From: Oscillospiraceae bacterium
Lineage (GTDB): Bacteria; Bacillota; Clostridia; Oscillospirales; SIG627
DNA: 64,000 nucleotides
Assembly (NCBI GenBank): GCA_034925865.1
Contig: JAYFRN010000030.1
Span: 1,797 to 65,796 of the forward strand
Direction of reading: 5' to 3'
Shown: positions 53,237 to 63,512 of the stretch, in pieces
Numbering within the stretch: the first letter of the stretch is position 1
Layout: each line of letters begins with the position of its first letter
The notes under the pieces: model-generated
The model's input: only the letters and a program-made list of their open reading frames with translations
What the model was told of the DNA's origin: nothing
Databases searched by the model: none
Program-made: the position numbers and the translations under genes

Positions 53237-53809
53237 ATGTCACAAAAACAGACACAGCATTCCGTCCGAATTGCGGACACGGTCAAAGCTCTTATCAAGG
53301 ATAAGATTTCTTCTCTCGGATATATTCTCTGGGATGTGGAATATTACAAGGAAGGCGCATATTATAATCTGACCGTTACCATCGACAGCCCGGAAGGTAT
53401 TTCGCTTTCCGACTGCGAAAAGGTAACAAAGCAGATTGACCCGATTCTCGATGAAAATGATCCTGTTCCTGACAGCTATTATCTCGAGGTTTCATCGGCC
53501 GGACTCGAACGCGAGCTTAAAACGGATGACCACATACGCGCATATATAGGAAAAGAAATAAAACTCGGCTTTTTTACCGCACTTGAATCCGGAGACAAAT
53601 CTATATCCGGTATATTAAACGGATACAGAGATGAGGAGCTTTCGGTCACCATCGATGCAGGACTGAATAAAAGCGCCGAAACGGGATGCGATAAAAAAGA
53701 GCTTCGAATTTTGAAAAGATCCTGCGCATATATTCGCAGTGTATATAATGAAAATGAAGCGAACGCTGAAATAATTGAAAGGAACGATAAGCAAAATGAT
53801 CAGCAATGA
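53237..53809 (+). CDS. rimP: Ribosome maturation factor RimP
   Basis: About 190 aa from ATG 53237 (AAGGAAG RBS). Contains GYILWDVEY and YLEVSSAGLEREL motifs, upstream of nusA. Confidence 0.88.
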   Translation: MSQKQTQHSVRIADTVKALIKDKISSLGYILWDVEYYKEGAYYNLTVTIDSPEGISLSDCEKVTKQIDPILDENDPVPDSYYLEVSSAGLERELKTDDHIRAYIGKEIKLGFFTALESGDKSISGILNGYRDEELSVTIDAGLNKSAETGCDKKELRILKRSCAYIRSVYNENEANAEIIERNDKQNDQQ

Positions 53810-54866
53810 ATTTTTTGACGCACTCGAGGCGTTGGAAAAGGAAAAGGGCATACCGAAGGGCTATATGCTCGAAAAAGTCGAGGCGGCGCTCCTGACCGCA
53901 TATAAAAAAGATACAGATGGACACAGTAATGTGAGAGTTTCTCTTGATATGGAGAAAAAAACAATTAAAATGTATAGCCAACGCACCGTTGTCGAAGAAG
54001 TAACGGATGACAAAAATGAAATATCGCTTGATGAAGCTCATAAGACAAATAAGAAAGCGGAGCTGGGCGATATAATTGAATTTGAAATAAAGCCCAAAAA
54101 TTTCGGCCGTATTCCCGCTCAGACTGCAAAAATGGTCATCATTCAGGCCATAAGAGAGGCAGAACGCGGAATGATGATAAAAGAATATGAAAGCAAAAAG
54201 GAAGATGTCGTAACCGGCGTCGTCCAGATAATAGAGCCGGTCACAGGAAACGTGATACTCGAACTTGGAAAGAACCAGGCCACCCTGATGAAATCGGAGC
54301 AGATGCCCACCGACCGTTTCCGTGTCGGCGATCATGTCAAAGTTTTCGTTATGGAAGTTAAAAAGGAAACCCGCGGTCCGATCGTAATCCTTTCCAGAAC
54401 TCATCCCGGGCTGGTCAAGCGAATATTCGAAATCGAGGTTCCAGAAATACGCGACGGCACGGTTATCATCCAATCGATAGCGCGTGAAGCAGGAAGCAGA
54501 TCAAAAATCGCAGTATATTCCCGAGATGACGATGTCGATCCGATAGGCTCATGCATAGGAGTGCGCGGAATGCGCAAAAATAATATATTGAACGAGCTTG
54601 CCGGCGAAAAGATTGACATAGTAAAATATTCCGAAAAGCCGGAGGAATATATAAAGGCGGCGCTTTCGCCCGCTTCAGTGCTTTCGGTAAAGATGATCGG
54701 AGAAAGATCATGCCGTGTCACTGTCAGCTCGGATCAGCTTTCACTTGCGATAGGAAAAGAAGGTCAGAACGCAAGGCTCGCCGCAAAGCTTACCGGTTAC
54801 AAAATCGACATCAAGCCGGATGGCTTTGTCGATGAACAAGAGGCGGATGAAACAGAAAACGCCTGA
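53796..54866 (+). CDS. nusA: Transcription termination/antitermination factor NusA
   Basis: Start MISNEFFDALEALEKEKGI. S1 domain and two KH domains (GSCIGVRGMR, LAIGKEGQNARLAAKLTGYKIDI). Confidence 0.95.
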   Translation: MISNEFFDALEALEKEKGIPKGYMLEKVEAALLTAYKKDTDGHSNVRVSLDMEKKTIKMYSQRTVVEEVTDDKNEISLDEAHKTNKKAELGDIIEFEIKPKNFGRIPAQTAKMVIIQAIREAERGMMIKEYESKKEDVVTGVVQIIEPVTGNVILELGKNQATLMKSEQMPTDRFRVGDHVKVFVMEVKKETRGPIVILSRTHPGLVKRIFEIEVPEIRDGTVIIQSIAREAGSRSKIAVYSRDDDVDPIGSCIGVRGMRKNNILNELAGEKIDIVKYSEKPEEYIKAALSPASVLSVKMIGERSCRVTVSSDQLSLAIGKEGQNARLAAKLTGYKIDIKPDGFVDEQEADETENA

Positions 54867-54909
54867 TAAACTAATATATAAATAATTATATAAAGGGGTG
54901 AACCGGACG

Positions 54910-55203
54910 ATGCAAAAAAAGATTCCGGAGCGCAGATGCACTGGATGCGGCGAATCAAAGCCCAAAAAGGAATTAATCCGCGTCGTGCGTTCGCCTGAGG
55001 GCGAAATATCGCTCGATTTCAAAGGTAAAAAACCCGGGCGCGGAGCATATGTTTGTCACGATCTGAAATGTCTGGCAAAAGCAAGGAAGACAAAGCGTCT
55101 AGAGCATTCGCTATCATGTGAAATACCCGACGAAGTTTATGGGGCGCTTGAAAAAGAAATGGCCGAAACGGCCGAAACAACGGAGGGCGAAGCCAAGGCT
55201 TGA
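54910..55203 (+). CDS. ylxR: YlxR-family (DUF448) RNA-binding protein
   Basis: About 97 aa with RRCTGCGESKPKKELIRVV and GRGAYVC motifs. Confidence 0.88.
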   Translation: MQKKIPERRCTGCGESKPKKELIRVVRSPEGEISLDFKGKKPGRGAYVCHDLKCLAKARKTKRLEHSLSCEIPDEVYGALEKEMAETAETTEGEAKA

Positions 55204-55562
55204 TACAATTAAATTCACAGAACGCGCGAAAGCTTTCCGCGCTCGGACTTATTAAAAAGGCGGGAGCGCTTGTAGCGGGAACCGAGCTGTCGGAAAAAAG
55301 CGTCAAAAGCGGAAAATCCGCGCTTGTACTTATAGCTTCAGACGTCTCTGAACGCACCGCAAAACGTATGCTTGACGCGTGCGCTTATTATAAAACAGAA
55401 GTGCGAATATCCGAATTCACAATGGACGAAATATCAACCGCTATCGGACTTGTTCGTCCGACGGCGGCAATATCGATAACGCGGCGAGAGTTTTTAAAGC
55501 TGGTTGAATCGGAGAATCGATCGGCAAATAACGGAGGGATCTCATGTCAGAAGAAAGAATAA
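55200..55562 (+). CDS. L7Ae/YlxQ-family ribosomal-protein-like RNA-binding protein
   Basis: 120 aa from a TTG start overlapping the ylxR stop. Contains [13 protein letters not shown] and [12 protein letters not shown] motifs. Confidence 0.8.
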   Translation: MIQLNSQNARKLSALGLIKKAGALVAGTELSEKSVKSGKSALVLIASDVSERTAKRMLDACAYYKTEVRISEFTMDEISTAIGLVRPTAAISITRREFLKLVESENRSANNGGISCQKKE

Positions 55563-58201
55563 TAAAAGTCGGCGCGCTTGCAAAGGATCTGCAGGCAAAG
55601 CCGAAGGACATCATAACCGTATTGAAGGATCAGACCGGCATCGTCAAGACCACCTCGGCTTCACTTGACGAAAAAGACGTAAACGTGATCCTCGATTGGT
55701 ATTCGAAAAAGACCCAGATACCTGATATAGATAAGTATCTCAAGGGTGAGCTTTATATAACCTCACCGGCCGCCGAACGCGCCCGCGCTGAAAAAGCCGC
55801 GGCCGCAGAAAAAGCCGAAGCGGATAAAGTCGCCGAAGAAAAAGCGGCGGCGGAAAAAGCTGTCGCGGATAAAGCGGAAGCAGACAGAGCTGCGGCGGAA
55901 AAAGCTGCCGCAGATAAGGCCGCAGCTGAAAAAGCGGCTTTGCAGCTGAAAAGTGAAAAACAGTCGCAGCAGATTCAACATTTGCCGCAGCAGAATACGC
56001 GTAAACTCCAGGATCATCCAAACCGTCAGAATGAATTTCCTAAAACGCAAAAGGGAGCAGCTTCAGTGCCATATACCGACAACAGCCGCCGCAGCATAAA
56101 GCAATCACCTGATCGCTTCGTCAGACCAACAGATGTAAAAAAAGCAGCAGAGCAGAAAAAAGAAAACAAGAAACCGTCGGATAACCACCGTATAGCGCCG
56201 ATTATCCCCGCGCCCGGCACTCCCACAACTGTAGTCACGGCAAAAAGAGACCTTCGTATTATCGATACCAGATCAAATGACGTCGATTTATCAAAATACG
56301 ATGAGAGAATATATGATATAGCGGGAGGACATGAAGATAGTAATGCTGCCCATTCTCGCCGCTCTTCTCAGAACCGGCCCGGGCAGAGGCCTGGATTTAA
56401 AAAAGGCAAGCCCGCAAAGAACACACGTCGTCAGGAGCCTGTCCGCGCAAAAGCTCCATCCGTCATTCATCTTCCGGAAGAGCTTTCGGTCAGCGATCTT
56501 GCCAGAGAGCTCAGAATTAAAACCGGTGATGTCTTAAAAAAGCTCATTTCCGGCGGTTTTATGGCAAATCTGAATTCGGCTATAGATTTTGAAACGGCTC
56601 AGATCATCGCAGACGAGTACGGAGTCACCGCAGAAAAGGAACATATTGTAACAATTGAAGAAAAACTTATCGATACGAGCGAAGATAAGAGCGAAAAGCT
56701 CATTCCGAGAAGCCCGGTCGTAGTTGTTATGGGACATGTTGACCACGGCAAAACAAGCCTGCTCGATGCCATCCGTCACACCAACGTAACTGAAGGCGAA
56801 GCCGGAGGCATAACTCAGCATATAGGCGCATACCGCGTTAAAATCAACGGCAAGGAAATCACCTTCCTCGACACTCCCGGACATGCCGCGTTTACCTCAA
56901 TGCGTGCCCGCGGCGCCCAGGTGACCGATATCGCCGTACTTGTGGTTGCCGCTGACGATGGTATAATGCCGCAAACCATTGAGGCGATAAACCACGCTAA
57001 AGCGGCCGGAGTATCAATAATAGTCGCCATAAATAAAATGGATAAACGCGGCGCAAACCCCGATGCTGTTATGCAGGAGCTCACAAAGTATGACCTCGTT
57101 CCAGAAGAATGGGGAGGCGATGTGATTTGCGTTCCGGTCTCTGCTGTTACAAAAATGGGCATTGACAAGCTGCTCGAATCGATCTTGCTTGTTGCGGAAA
57201 TGGCGGAGCTTAAAGCCAATCCCAACAGGTTGGCAAAAGGCGTCGTTATAGAAGCAAAGCTTGATAAGGGCAGAGGACCGGTTGCCACAATGCTCATACA
57301 AAACGGCACGCTTCACAACGGAGACATAATTATAGCGGGCAGCACGGTAGGCAAAGTACGCGCTATGCTCGACGATAAGGGCGCAACGATATCTGAAGCA
57401 GGGCCTTCGGTTCCGGTCGAAATTCTCGGACTTTCCGAAGTCCCCAACGCAGGAGATATTGTAAACGCAGTAGAAGATGAAAGAATGGCACGCACGCTGG
57501 CTGATCAGCGCCGCGCCGAAAAGAAAGAAGACGAATTCCGCTCCAACGCGAAGGTTTCGCTTAACGATCTCTTCAACCAGATAAAGGAAGGGATAAAGGA
57601 GCTGAACATTATCGTAAAAGCCGACGTTCAAGGCTCCGCGGAAGCAGTCAAAGCATCACTTGAAAAGATATCCAACGATGAGGTCAGAGTCCATGTGATA
57701 CACAGCGGAGTCGGCGGTATAACCGAATCCGATGTCATGCTCGCGAGCGCCTCAAACGCGATTATCGTTGGTTTTAATGTTAGACCGGATAAAAACGCAT
57801 CTGACTTGGCTTCACGCGACAGCGTAGATTTGCGCACATATCGTATTATATACGAATGCATAGGAGAAATCGAAGCCGCAATGAAAGGCCTGCTTGCTCC
57901 GAAATTCGTCGAAAATGTTATAGGAAGAGCGGAAGTCAGACAGACGATCCGCGTTCCGAATATCGGTATAATCGCGGGCAGCTATGTCCTTGACGGAAAA
58001 GTGACACGAAACGCGCAAATCCGCGTTCTGCGTGACAATATAGTAATTTTCGAAGATAAAATTTCCTCACTCAGACGCTTTAAAGACGACGCGAAGGAAG
58101 TTGCCACAGGATATGAATGCGGTATCGCTCTCGAGCGTTTCAGCGACATAAAAGAAGGCGATATACTCGAAGCCTTCATTATGGAAGAGATTGCAAAATA
58201 A
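55544..58201 (+). CDS. infB: Translation initiation factor IF-2
   Basis: 885 aa with GTPase motifs [17 protein letters not shown] and NKMD, and a low-complexity AEKAA-rich N-terminal region. GGAGGG RBS. Confidence 0.97.
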   Translation: MSEERIIKVGALAKDLQAKPKDIITVLKDQTGIVKTTSASLDEKDVNVILDWYSKKTQIPDIDKYLKGELYITSPAAERARAEKAAAAEKAEADKVAEEKAAAEKAVADKAEADRAAAEKAAADKAAAEKAALQLKSEKQSQQIQHLPQQNTRKLQDHPNRQNEFPKTQKGAASVPYTDNSRRSIKQSPDRFVRPTDVKKAAEQKKENKKPSDNHRIAPIIPAPGTPTTVVTAKRDLRIIDTRSNDVDLSKYDERIYDIAGGHEDSNAAHSRRSSQNRPGQRPGFKKGKPAKNTRRQEPVRAKAPSVIHLPEELSVSDLARELRIKTGDVLKKLISGGFMANLNSAIDFETAQIIADEYGVTAEKEHIVTIEEKLIDTSEDKSEKLIPRSPVVVVMGHVDHGKTSLLDAIRHTNVTEGEAGGITQHIGAYRVKINGKEITFLDTPGHAAFTSMRARGAQVTDIAVLVVAADDGIMPQTIEAINHAKAAGVSIIVAINKMDKRGANPDAVMQELTKYDLVPEEWGGDVICVPVSAVTKMGIDKLLESILLVAEMAELKANPNRLAKGVVIEAKLDKGRGPVATMLIQNGTLHNGDIIIAGSTVGKVRAMLDDKGATISEAGPSVPVEILGLSEVPNAGDIVNAVEDERMARTLADQRRAEKKEDEFRSNAKVSLNDLFNQIKEGIKELNIIVKADVQGSAEAVKASLEKISNDEVRVHVIHSGVGGITESDVMLASASNAIIVGFNVRPDKNASDLASRDSVDLRTYRIIYECIGEIEAAMKGLLAPKFVENVIGRAEVRQTIRVPNIGIIAGSYVLDGKVTRNAQIRVLRDNIVIFEDKISSLRRFKDDAKEVATGYECGIALERFSDIKEGDILEAFIMEEIAK

Positions 58202-58202
58202 T

Positions 58203-58310
58203 ATTATTAACTCGGCAATTAAATAATTACCGCTTAAATATAGAAAACGCTCCGGTATATGGGCATTTTCTCTTATAAAAACAAGGATCATTTAATTTCC
58301 GTTTAATGAT
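58203..58310 (+). repeat. Family-2 AT-rich MITE-like element
   Basis: Starts 2 nt after the infB stop. Left TIR ATTATTAACTCGGCAATTAAATAAT (58203-58227), right TIR ATCATTTAATTTCCGTTTAATGAT (58287-58310). Confidence 0.8.
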
Positions 58311-58390
58311 AACCATCAGGAAAAGCCGCATACTTACTCCAACCTAGCGGCTTGATTCCGGTAAGACCGGTTGGAACGGAGTTGATTATA

Positions 58391-58789
58391 ATGGCAAATT
58401 ACAGAGCCGGACGAATTAACGAGAGCGTCGCACATGAATTAAACGACATTCTGCGCGACGTCAAGGATCCCAGAATAACGGACAGCCTTGTCACGATTAA
58501 CGCTGCCGACGTAACCCGCGACCTCAAACAGGCAAAGGTTTACTTTGGCTGTATCACGGGAGATCCCGAGACAATTAGAAAAGGGCTTGACAGCGCCAAG
58601 GGCTTCATGAGACGCGAGCTTGCCGCAAGGCTTAATCTCCGCATGACGCCCGATCTCTCGTTTTTTCATGACATATCCGCGGAACATGGTGCGAATATCG
58701 CTCGCATATTGAAAAAGATCGAATCCGATAATGTGACCTCGGAAAACAAGATCACCGGAAATACCGATTCCGATGATCTGAAACAATAA
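58391..58789 (+). CDS. rbfA: Ribosome-binding factor A
   Basis: About 132 aa from ATG 58391 (GGAG 10 nt upstream). Contains RINESVAHELNDIL, VTINAADVTRDLKQAKVYF and LRMTPDLSF motifs. Confidence 0.92.
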   Translation: MANYRAGRINESVAHELNDILRDVKDPRITDSLVTINAADVTRDLKQAKVYFGCITGDPETIRKGLDSAKGFMRRELAARLNLRMTPDLSFFHDISAEHGANIARILKKIESDNVTSENKITGNTDSDDLKQ

Positions 58790-58795
58790 CACAAT

Positions 58796-59821
58796 ATGGT
58801 ACAAAACGATTTTTACGACGCGTTCAAAGCATCTCTTTCCGATCCGACGTTTGACCGCATATATGTCCTTTCACACCTAAATCCGGACGGCGACGCGGTC
58901 GGAAGCGCTTGCGCGCTTACATACCTGCTCAGATTGTCAGGAAAAAAAGCGCTTTATTTCACCGAAACGCCTGATCATAAATATGCATATCTCTCCGACG
59001 CATGGAATTCGGACCGTTACGGCGGTTTATTTGCGCCGGAGCATTTCATAACTACCGACACCACAGGATTTTCTCGCTTATCAAAGCTTCCCGACGGTTT
59101 TTCCCACGAAAATGAATTCGAATTACTCTTATCCTTCGTGATCGATCATCATAAGTGCAATTCGTTTTCATGCACACATAAGCTGGTTTTATCAGAAAAA
59201 GCAGCCGCTGGAGAAATAATATTCGATTTGTATAAAAATTGCGGAATAGGTTTCGATGAATATTCGGCCGCCGCTATTTATACCGCTATCGCAACCGATA
59301 CCGGCTGTTTCAGATATGCCAACACCCGAGCCTCATCCTTTTTATGCGCTGCCGAGCTGTGCGAATTCGCTCCGGGCGGATCGTTTTACGAAATAAATAA
59401 AATTCATTTTGAGACAAAGTCTTTTAAAAAGATCAAAATCGAATCCTACGCAGTAGAAAACGCTATTTTCCGCATTAACGGCGCTCTTGTATTTTCTGTC
59501 TTCGACAGCTCCGAGCGTGCCAGGCTCTCGATAACCGATATTGAGCTTGAGGGCGTTGTTTCTATGCTGCGTCAGATAGAGGGCGTGCGCGCCGCGTTCG
59601 TTTTAAAACAACAGCCGTCCGGCGAATTCAAGGTTTCAGTCAGGACGGATTACACTGCGGCCTTCGGCGGTATTAACGCGGCCGAGCTGTGCGCCTGCTT
59701 TTCGGGCGGGGGACATGACGCCGCGGCCGGTTGTTCGCTCTCCGGAGCTCCGGACGAAATTATTGATCTGCTTGAATCGGCGGCAGTAAAGACAATGAAC
59801 AGCAAGAACGCTTCGGTTTGA
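58796..59821 (+). CDS. nrnA: DHH/DHHA1-family phosphoesterase (NrnA-like)
   Basis: 341 aa with SHLNPDGDAVGS, IDHH, TDTGCFRY and GGGHDAAAG motifs, in the position after rbfA. Confidence 0.8.
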   Translation: MVQNDFYDAFKASLSDPTFDRIYVLSHLNPDGDAVGSACALTYLLRLSGKKALYFTETPDHKYAYLSDAWNSDRYGGLFAPEHFITTDTTGFSRLSKLPDGFSHENEFELLLSFVIDHHKCNSFSCTHKLVLSEKAAAGEIIFDLYKNCGIGFDEYSAAAIYTAIATDTGCFRYANTRASSFLCAAELCEFAPGGSFYEINKIHFETKSFKKIKIESYAVENAIFRINGALVFSVFDSSERARLSITDIELEGVVSMLRQIEGVRAAFVLKQQPSGEFKVSVRTDYTAAFGGINAAELCACFSGGGHDAAAGCSLSGAPDEIIDLLESAAVKTMNSKNASV

Positions 59822-59878
59822 CGCCGAAGCACAACAAACAAAGCTATTATTTAACGGCAATAAAGGAAAAAAGCAAAT

Positions 59879-60502
59879 ATGAAGCTGATTCTCGCTTCCG
59901 CTTCGCCCAGACGAAAGGAACTCCTTGAAAGCTGCGGGATTAAATTTACAATCGTCAAATCAGATGTAAATGAAGCTCTGCCGGATTCAATTTCGCCGGA
60001 AAACGCAGTAATGACGCTTGCAGAACGAAAAGCCGCAGCGGTTTTATCTGAATATAATGACGTAAACCGGATTATCCTCGGCGCGGATACAATTGTATAT
60101 CAAAACTCAAGAATCATCGGCAAGCCGCGCGATCGTGCGGAAGCTTTTTCCGTTCTCCGCTCGCTTTCCGGTTCCCGCCATTCCGTATACACAGGAGTTG
60201 CTCTACTTTCTTTTTACGGAAATACAAACACAATATTAAAAGATATTCGCTATGAGAAGACTGATGTATTTTTCCGCGAGCTGACTGACGATGAGATCAA
60301 CGAATATATAGATAATTTCCCGCCCTACGATAAAGCCGGCGCGTACGGCATACAGGACGGCGCGGCGCTGTTTGTACGTCATATCGACGGCGATTATAAC
60401 AATGTGATTGGTCTGCCGCTTTATCTGTTAGGAGAAATGCTGAAGAAATTCAAGCAAAAAAGTGAAAATGCTCTGCAGGCGGGGGATACGCGGCTTCTTT
60501 GA
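59879..60502 (+). CDS. maf: Maf-family nucleoside triphosphate pyrophosphatase
   Basis: 207 aa with LILASASPRRKELL, GADTIV and KAGAYGIQ motifs. The last codons and the stop lie in a family-1 repeat. Confidence 0.9.
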   Translation: MKLILASASPRRKELLESCGIKFTIVKSDVNEALPDSISPENAVMTLAERKAAAVLSEYNDVNRIILGADTIVYQNSRIIGKPRDRAEAFSVLRSLSGSRHSVYTGVALLSFYGNTNTILKDIRYEKTDVFFRELTDDEINEYIDNFPPYDKAGAYGIQDGAALFVRHIDGDYNNVIGLPLYLLGEMLKKFKQKSENALQAGDTRLL

Positions 60503-60522
60503 AAAGAAGCCTGGCAAGAAAC
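60488..60522 (+). repeat. Family-1 dispersed hairpin core, copy 5 (overlaps the maf 3' end)
   Basis: ACGCGGCTTCTTTGAAAAGAAGCCTGGCAAGAAAC. The maf stop TGA (60500-60502) is the hairpin loop. Confidence 0.9.
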
Positions 60523-60679
60523 TTCATATATGATAACCATAAAGGTATTTAAATTATATTACAGGGCGTTTATATTGGTAAAATTTCTGAAAGCTATTGA
60601 CTTATGTATTCAATTCAATCAGATGGGCTTTTTGTATAGAGCATTGAAGTTTAAGCTATACATACAGAATAAAAAGCTT

Positions 60680-60727
60680 CACCGGAGCAGGCATTTTATG
60701 TTTGCCGTTCCGGTGATTTTTGTTTTT
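60680..60727 (+). terminator. Rho-independent terminator
   Basis: Imperfect stem CACCGGAGCAGGCA ... TGCCGTTCCGGTG followed by ATTTTTGTTTTT. Confidence 0.7.
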
Positions 60728-60794
60728 ATTATCTGAAAACTTTTACGGAGCTTTTCTCGAAAACGACCGTATCACGCCTTTTTTATAAGTCAGA

Positions 60795-62036
60795 TCAGAA
60801 TTTACGGATATACTTTCTTTTAGATCCGACAACATCTTGAGTTTCTTCGGCTATGACAAGCTCTTCGTTTGTCGGTATGACAACGACAGGAACCTTGGAT
60901 TCAGGCTTTGATATTATAACCTCGTTTGGTTTATGCGTGGTTATGACGTTTATATCAGAGTCAATCACTATGCCGAAGCAATCGAGATCGGACATTGCGA
61001 GGAAGCGGATAACCGGCGTGTTCTCTCCGACGCCTGCGGTAAATATGACGGCGTCAAGACCGTTCATCGCGGCGGTGTATGCGCCGATATACTTCTTGAT
61101 TCCATATGACATTATCCTTGCGGTGAGCATGGCGCGTTCGTTTTTGCTTATAATCGCGGCTTCGATGTCTCTGAGGTCGCTGGATATTTCTGACACACCG
61201 AGAACTCCGCATTTTTTGTTCATGAAATCATTCATCTCATCAGGCGTATAGCCTTCTTTTTTCATGATGAACGGAACTATGGCTGGATCCATTGATCCGC
61301 AGCGAGTACCCATCATAATTCCTTCAAGAGGAGTAAAGCCCATGCTTGTGTCAATGACCTTGCCGTTTTTTATCGCGGTTATTGAAGAGCCGTTGCCGAT
61401 ATGGCAGGTGATAATTTTAGAATTATTGGGATCGAGCTTCAGAAAATCATATGCCTTTTTGGAAACATATCTGTGGCTCGTACCGTGAAAGCCGTAACGG
61501 CGGATCTTATAATTTTCATACATCGAATAAGGTATCGAATACATGAACGCTTCTTCCGGCATAGTGGAATGGAATGCGGTGTCAAAAACCACCACCTGCG
61601 GCGTTTTGGGCATTACCGATGTGCAGCCGGCGATTCCCTGAAGATGAGGGAGCGTGTGAAGCGGCGCGAGATCAATACACTTGTTAAGATCTTCGATAAC
61701 ATTTGCGTCCACAAGCACCGATTCCTTGAAGTACGGACCGCCATGGACTATTCGGTGTCCGACGGCGGATATGTCATCCATCGATGATATGCAGCCAATT
61801 TCTTTATCAAGAAGCATTTCTATGACGGCCTGCATGGCTTCTTTGTGAGATGGCATCGGATAATCTTTTTTGATCTTATCCTTACCGATAGTGGTATGCG
61901 TTATTGTGGCATCACTGCCTTTTTTCTCGCCGCTGATACGCTCGCATATACCTTTCGCTATGATGTCTTTGATACTCATGTCGAAAAGCTGGTATTTCAG
62001 AGACGAGCTTCCCGCATTAACCACAAGAATTTTCAT
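60795..62036 (-). CDS. ackA: Acetate kinase
   Basis: 413 aa with N-terminal MKILVVNAGSSSLKYQLFDM, plus GHRIVHGG, FHGTSH and TAGVGEN motifs. Confidence 0.93.
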   Translation of the reverse strand: MKILVVNAGSSSLKYQLFDMSIKDIIAKGICERISGEKKGSDATITHTTIGKDKIKKDYPMPSHKEAMQAVIEMLLDKEIGCISSMDDISAVGHRIVHGGPYFKESVLVDANVIEDLNKCIDLAPLHTLPHLQGIAGCTSVMPKTPQVVVFDTAFHSTMPEEAFMYSIPYSMYENYKIRRYGFHGTSHRYVSKKAYDFLKLDPNNSKIITCHIGNGSSITAIKNGKVIDTSMGFTPLEGIMMGTRCGSMDPAIVPFIMKKEGYTPDEMNDFMNKKCGVLGVSEISSDLRDIEAAIISKNERAMLTARIMSYGIKKYIGAYTAAMNGLDAVIFTAGVGENTPVIRFLAMSDLDCFGIVIDSDINVITTHKPNEVIISKPESKVPVVVIPTNEELVIAEETQDVVGSKRKYIRKF

Positions 62037-62091
62037 TGTGAACCTCCGGAAAATGTTGATTGTTAATTATAATTACAGTTTATGATTATTA

Positions 62092-62120
62092 TTGCAATTC
62101 CTGTTATTATAATGTATAAT
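62092..62120 (+). promoter_or_regulatory. Candidate promoter of tmcAL
   Basis: TTGCAA (62092-62097), 17-nt spacer, TATAAT (62115-62120). It lies downstream of the ORF-track start at 62082. Confidence 0.55.
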
Positions 62121-62249
62121 TATAGAAAATATGCCGTCGATATGTCTGCTTTTTTGACGACCACCGGTTATTATACTATAATCCGAATACTATTGCAATA
62201 CTTTTTTATTATTTATAGCATCAATATTTTAAATTGCGGAGGTAAATTT

Positions 62250-63479
62250 ATCAATACAGCTGCCATAATATGCGAATATAATCCATTCCACAACGGACAC
62301 ATGCTGCAGATCAAAAAGATAAGGGAGCTGTTTCCGGACAAAGCCATTTTATGCCTGATGAGCGGCAATTTCGTTCAGCGGGCCGAGGTAGCCGTGGCAG
62401 ATAAATATACGCGCGCCAAATGCGCCGCCGAATGCGGAGCCAATCTTGTATTGGAGCTGCCTTTTCCGTTTTCAATGATGTCGGCCGAAGGCTTCGCCGC
62501 GGCAGGCATATCGATTTTAAACAGAATTCCGGGCGTTGACACTCTTGTGTTCGGAGCGGAAAACGATGATTCCGAGCATTTGATGGAATGTGCTAAAATT
62601 CTGATTTCACCATTATTTAAAGAAGTGCTACATAGTGAGCTTGAGAAAAACCCTTCTTTGTCATATCCGGCCGTTCGGCAGCTCGCCGCGGAACTGATAA
62701 CAGGAAAAAGCTTTGATATGATGAAAAAGCCAAATAACATTCTTGCAATCGAATACTGCAAAGCGATCATTAACTCCGGCTCTGTCATAATGCCGGCAGT
62801 CCATGCAAGAAGCGGACCCGATTATTATTCTCTATCCCCTGATGAGGGTATATCATCGGCAACTTATATAAGGCACCTGCTTTCATCTGCGGAGCTTTCC
62901 GGCGGAGACGGGAAAAATTGTTCTGATATCATATCAAGATTCGTTCCGGCAGAGACACTTCCCATATTGGACGAGGCCTATAAAAAAGGTTTATTTCCGA
63001 CCTTTGCCGACTCGCTTGACAAACTCATCTTATTCACGGCAAGAACTCAGACGCCGGATAAGCTGAAAGAAGTATATTCCTGCGATTCGCTGGAGTACCT
63101 TATTATTAAGAATGCGCATTCCTGTTCGACAGTTAAAGAACTGATCGATGAGACGCGTTCAAAAAGATTCACAGAGTCGCGTGTTCGCAGAGCTGTGTTG
63201 TCAGTATTGCTTAACATATCACGCCGCGTCGTCAATGAAACTCCGTCATACACCGTTGTTCTCGCCGCCGATATCACAGGCAGAAAAATTCTGCACTCCA
63301 TTAAAAAGGCCGAAGGGCTTCATGTGTTTACCAAGCCGGCTCATGCGTTGAGATCAAAAGATCCGAATGTATCCTTTCAAGCCGTACGCGCGTTCAACGC
63401 TGATTCTACATATACGCTCGCCTGCAAAGGATCGCTGGTCGGCGATTACTTCACAAAATGCGGACCTTTCGTAAAATGA
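62250..63479 (+). CDS. tmcAL: tRNA(Met) cytidine acetate ligase TmcAL (YlbM/DUF795 nucleotidyltransferase)
   Basis: Conserved N-terminus AAIICEYNPFHNGHMLQIKK. The 5' end is uncertain. GGAGG (62238-62242) sits 7 nt before in-frame ATC 62250. The nearest canonical start is ATG 62142, which would add 36 AT-rich codons. Confidence 0.8.
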   Translation: MNTAAIICEYNPFHNGHMLQIKKIRELFPDKAILCLMSGNFVQRAEVAVADKYTRAKCAAECGANLVLELPFPFSMMSAEGFAAAGISILNRIPGVDTLVFGAENDDSEHLMECAKILISPLFKEVLHSELEKNPSLSYPAVRQLAAELITGKSFDMMKKPNNILAIEYCKAIINSGSVIMPAVHARSGPDYYSLSPDEGISSATYIRHLLSSAELSGGDGKNCSDIISRFVPAETLPILDEAYKKGLFPTFADSLDKLILFTARTQTPDKLKEVYSCDSLEYLIIKNAHSCSTVKELIDETRSKRFTESRVRRAVLSVLLNISRRVVNETPSYTVVLAADITGRKILHSIKKAEGLHVFTKPAHALRSKDPNVSFQAVRAFNADSTYTLACKGSLVGDYFTKCGPFVK

Positions 63480-63512
63480 AAATTAAAGATTATCAATCAG
63501 GAGATCATCTAT

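Noticed and set aside
53646-54473. Long antisense ORFs: 275 aa opposite nusA, plus 50498-51253, 57014-57631, 32027-32608, 28530-29060, 41604-42095 and 43466-43816.
   Set aside because: Each lies entirely inside a strongly recognisable gene on the other strand and lacks an RBS/start arrangement. Their skewed R/S/F/I-rich composition is typical of shadow ORFs.
55780-55960. AAEKA/ADKA repeats in the IF-2 N-terminal region as a distinct feature.
   Set aside because: Low-complexity, variable N-domains are a normal property of bacterial IF-2, and the repeats are in frame within an intact gene.
59822-59878. Absence of truB/ribF/rpsO after rbfA-nrnA (maf follows instead) as a sign of rearrangement or insertion.
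   Set aside because: Gene order downstream of rbfA varies among Firmicutes, and nothing at the junction indicates a mobile element beyond a solo family-2 TIR-like sequence.
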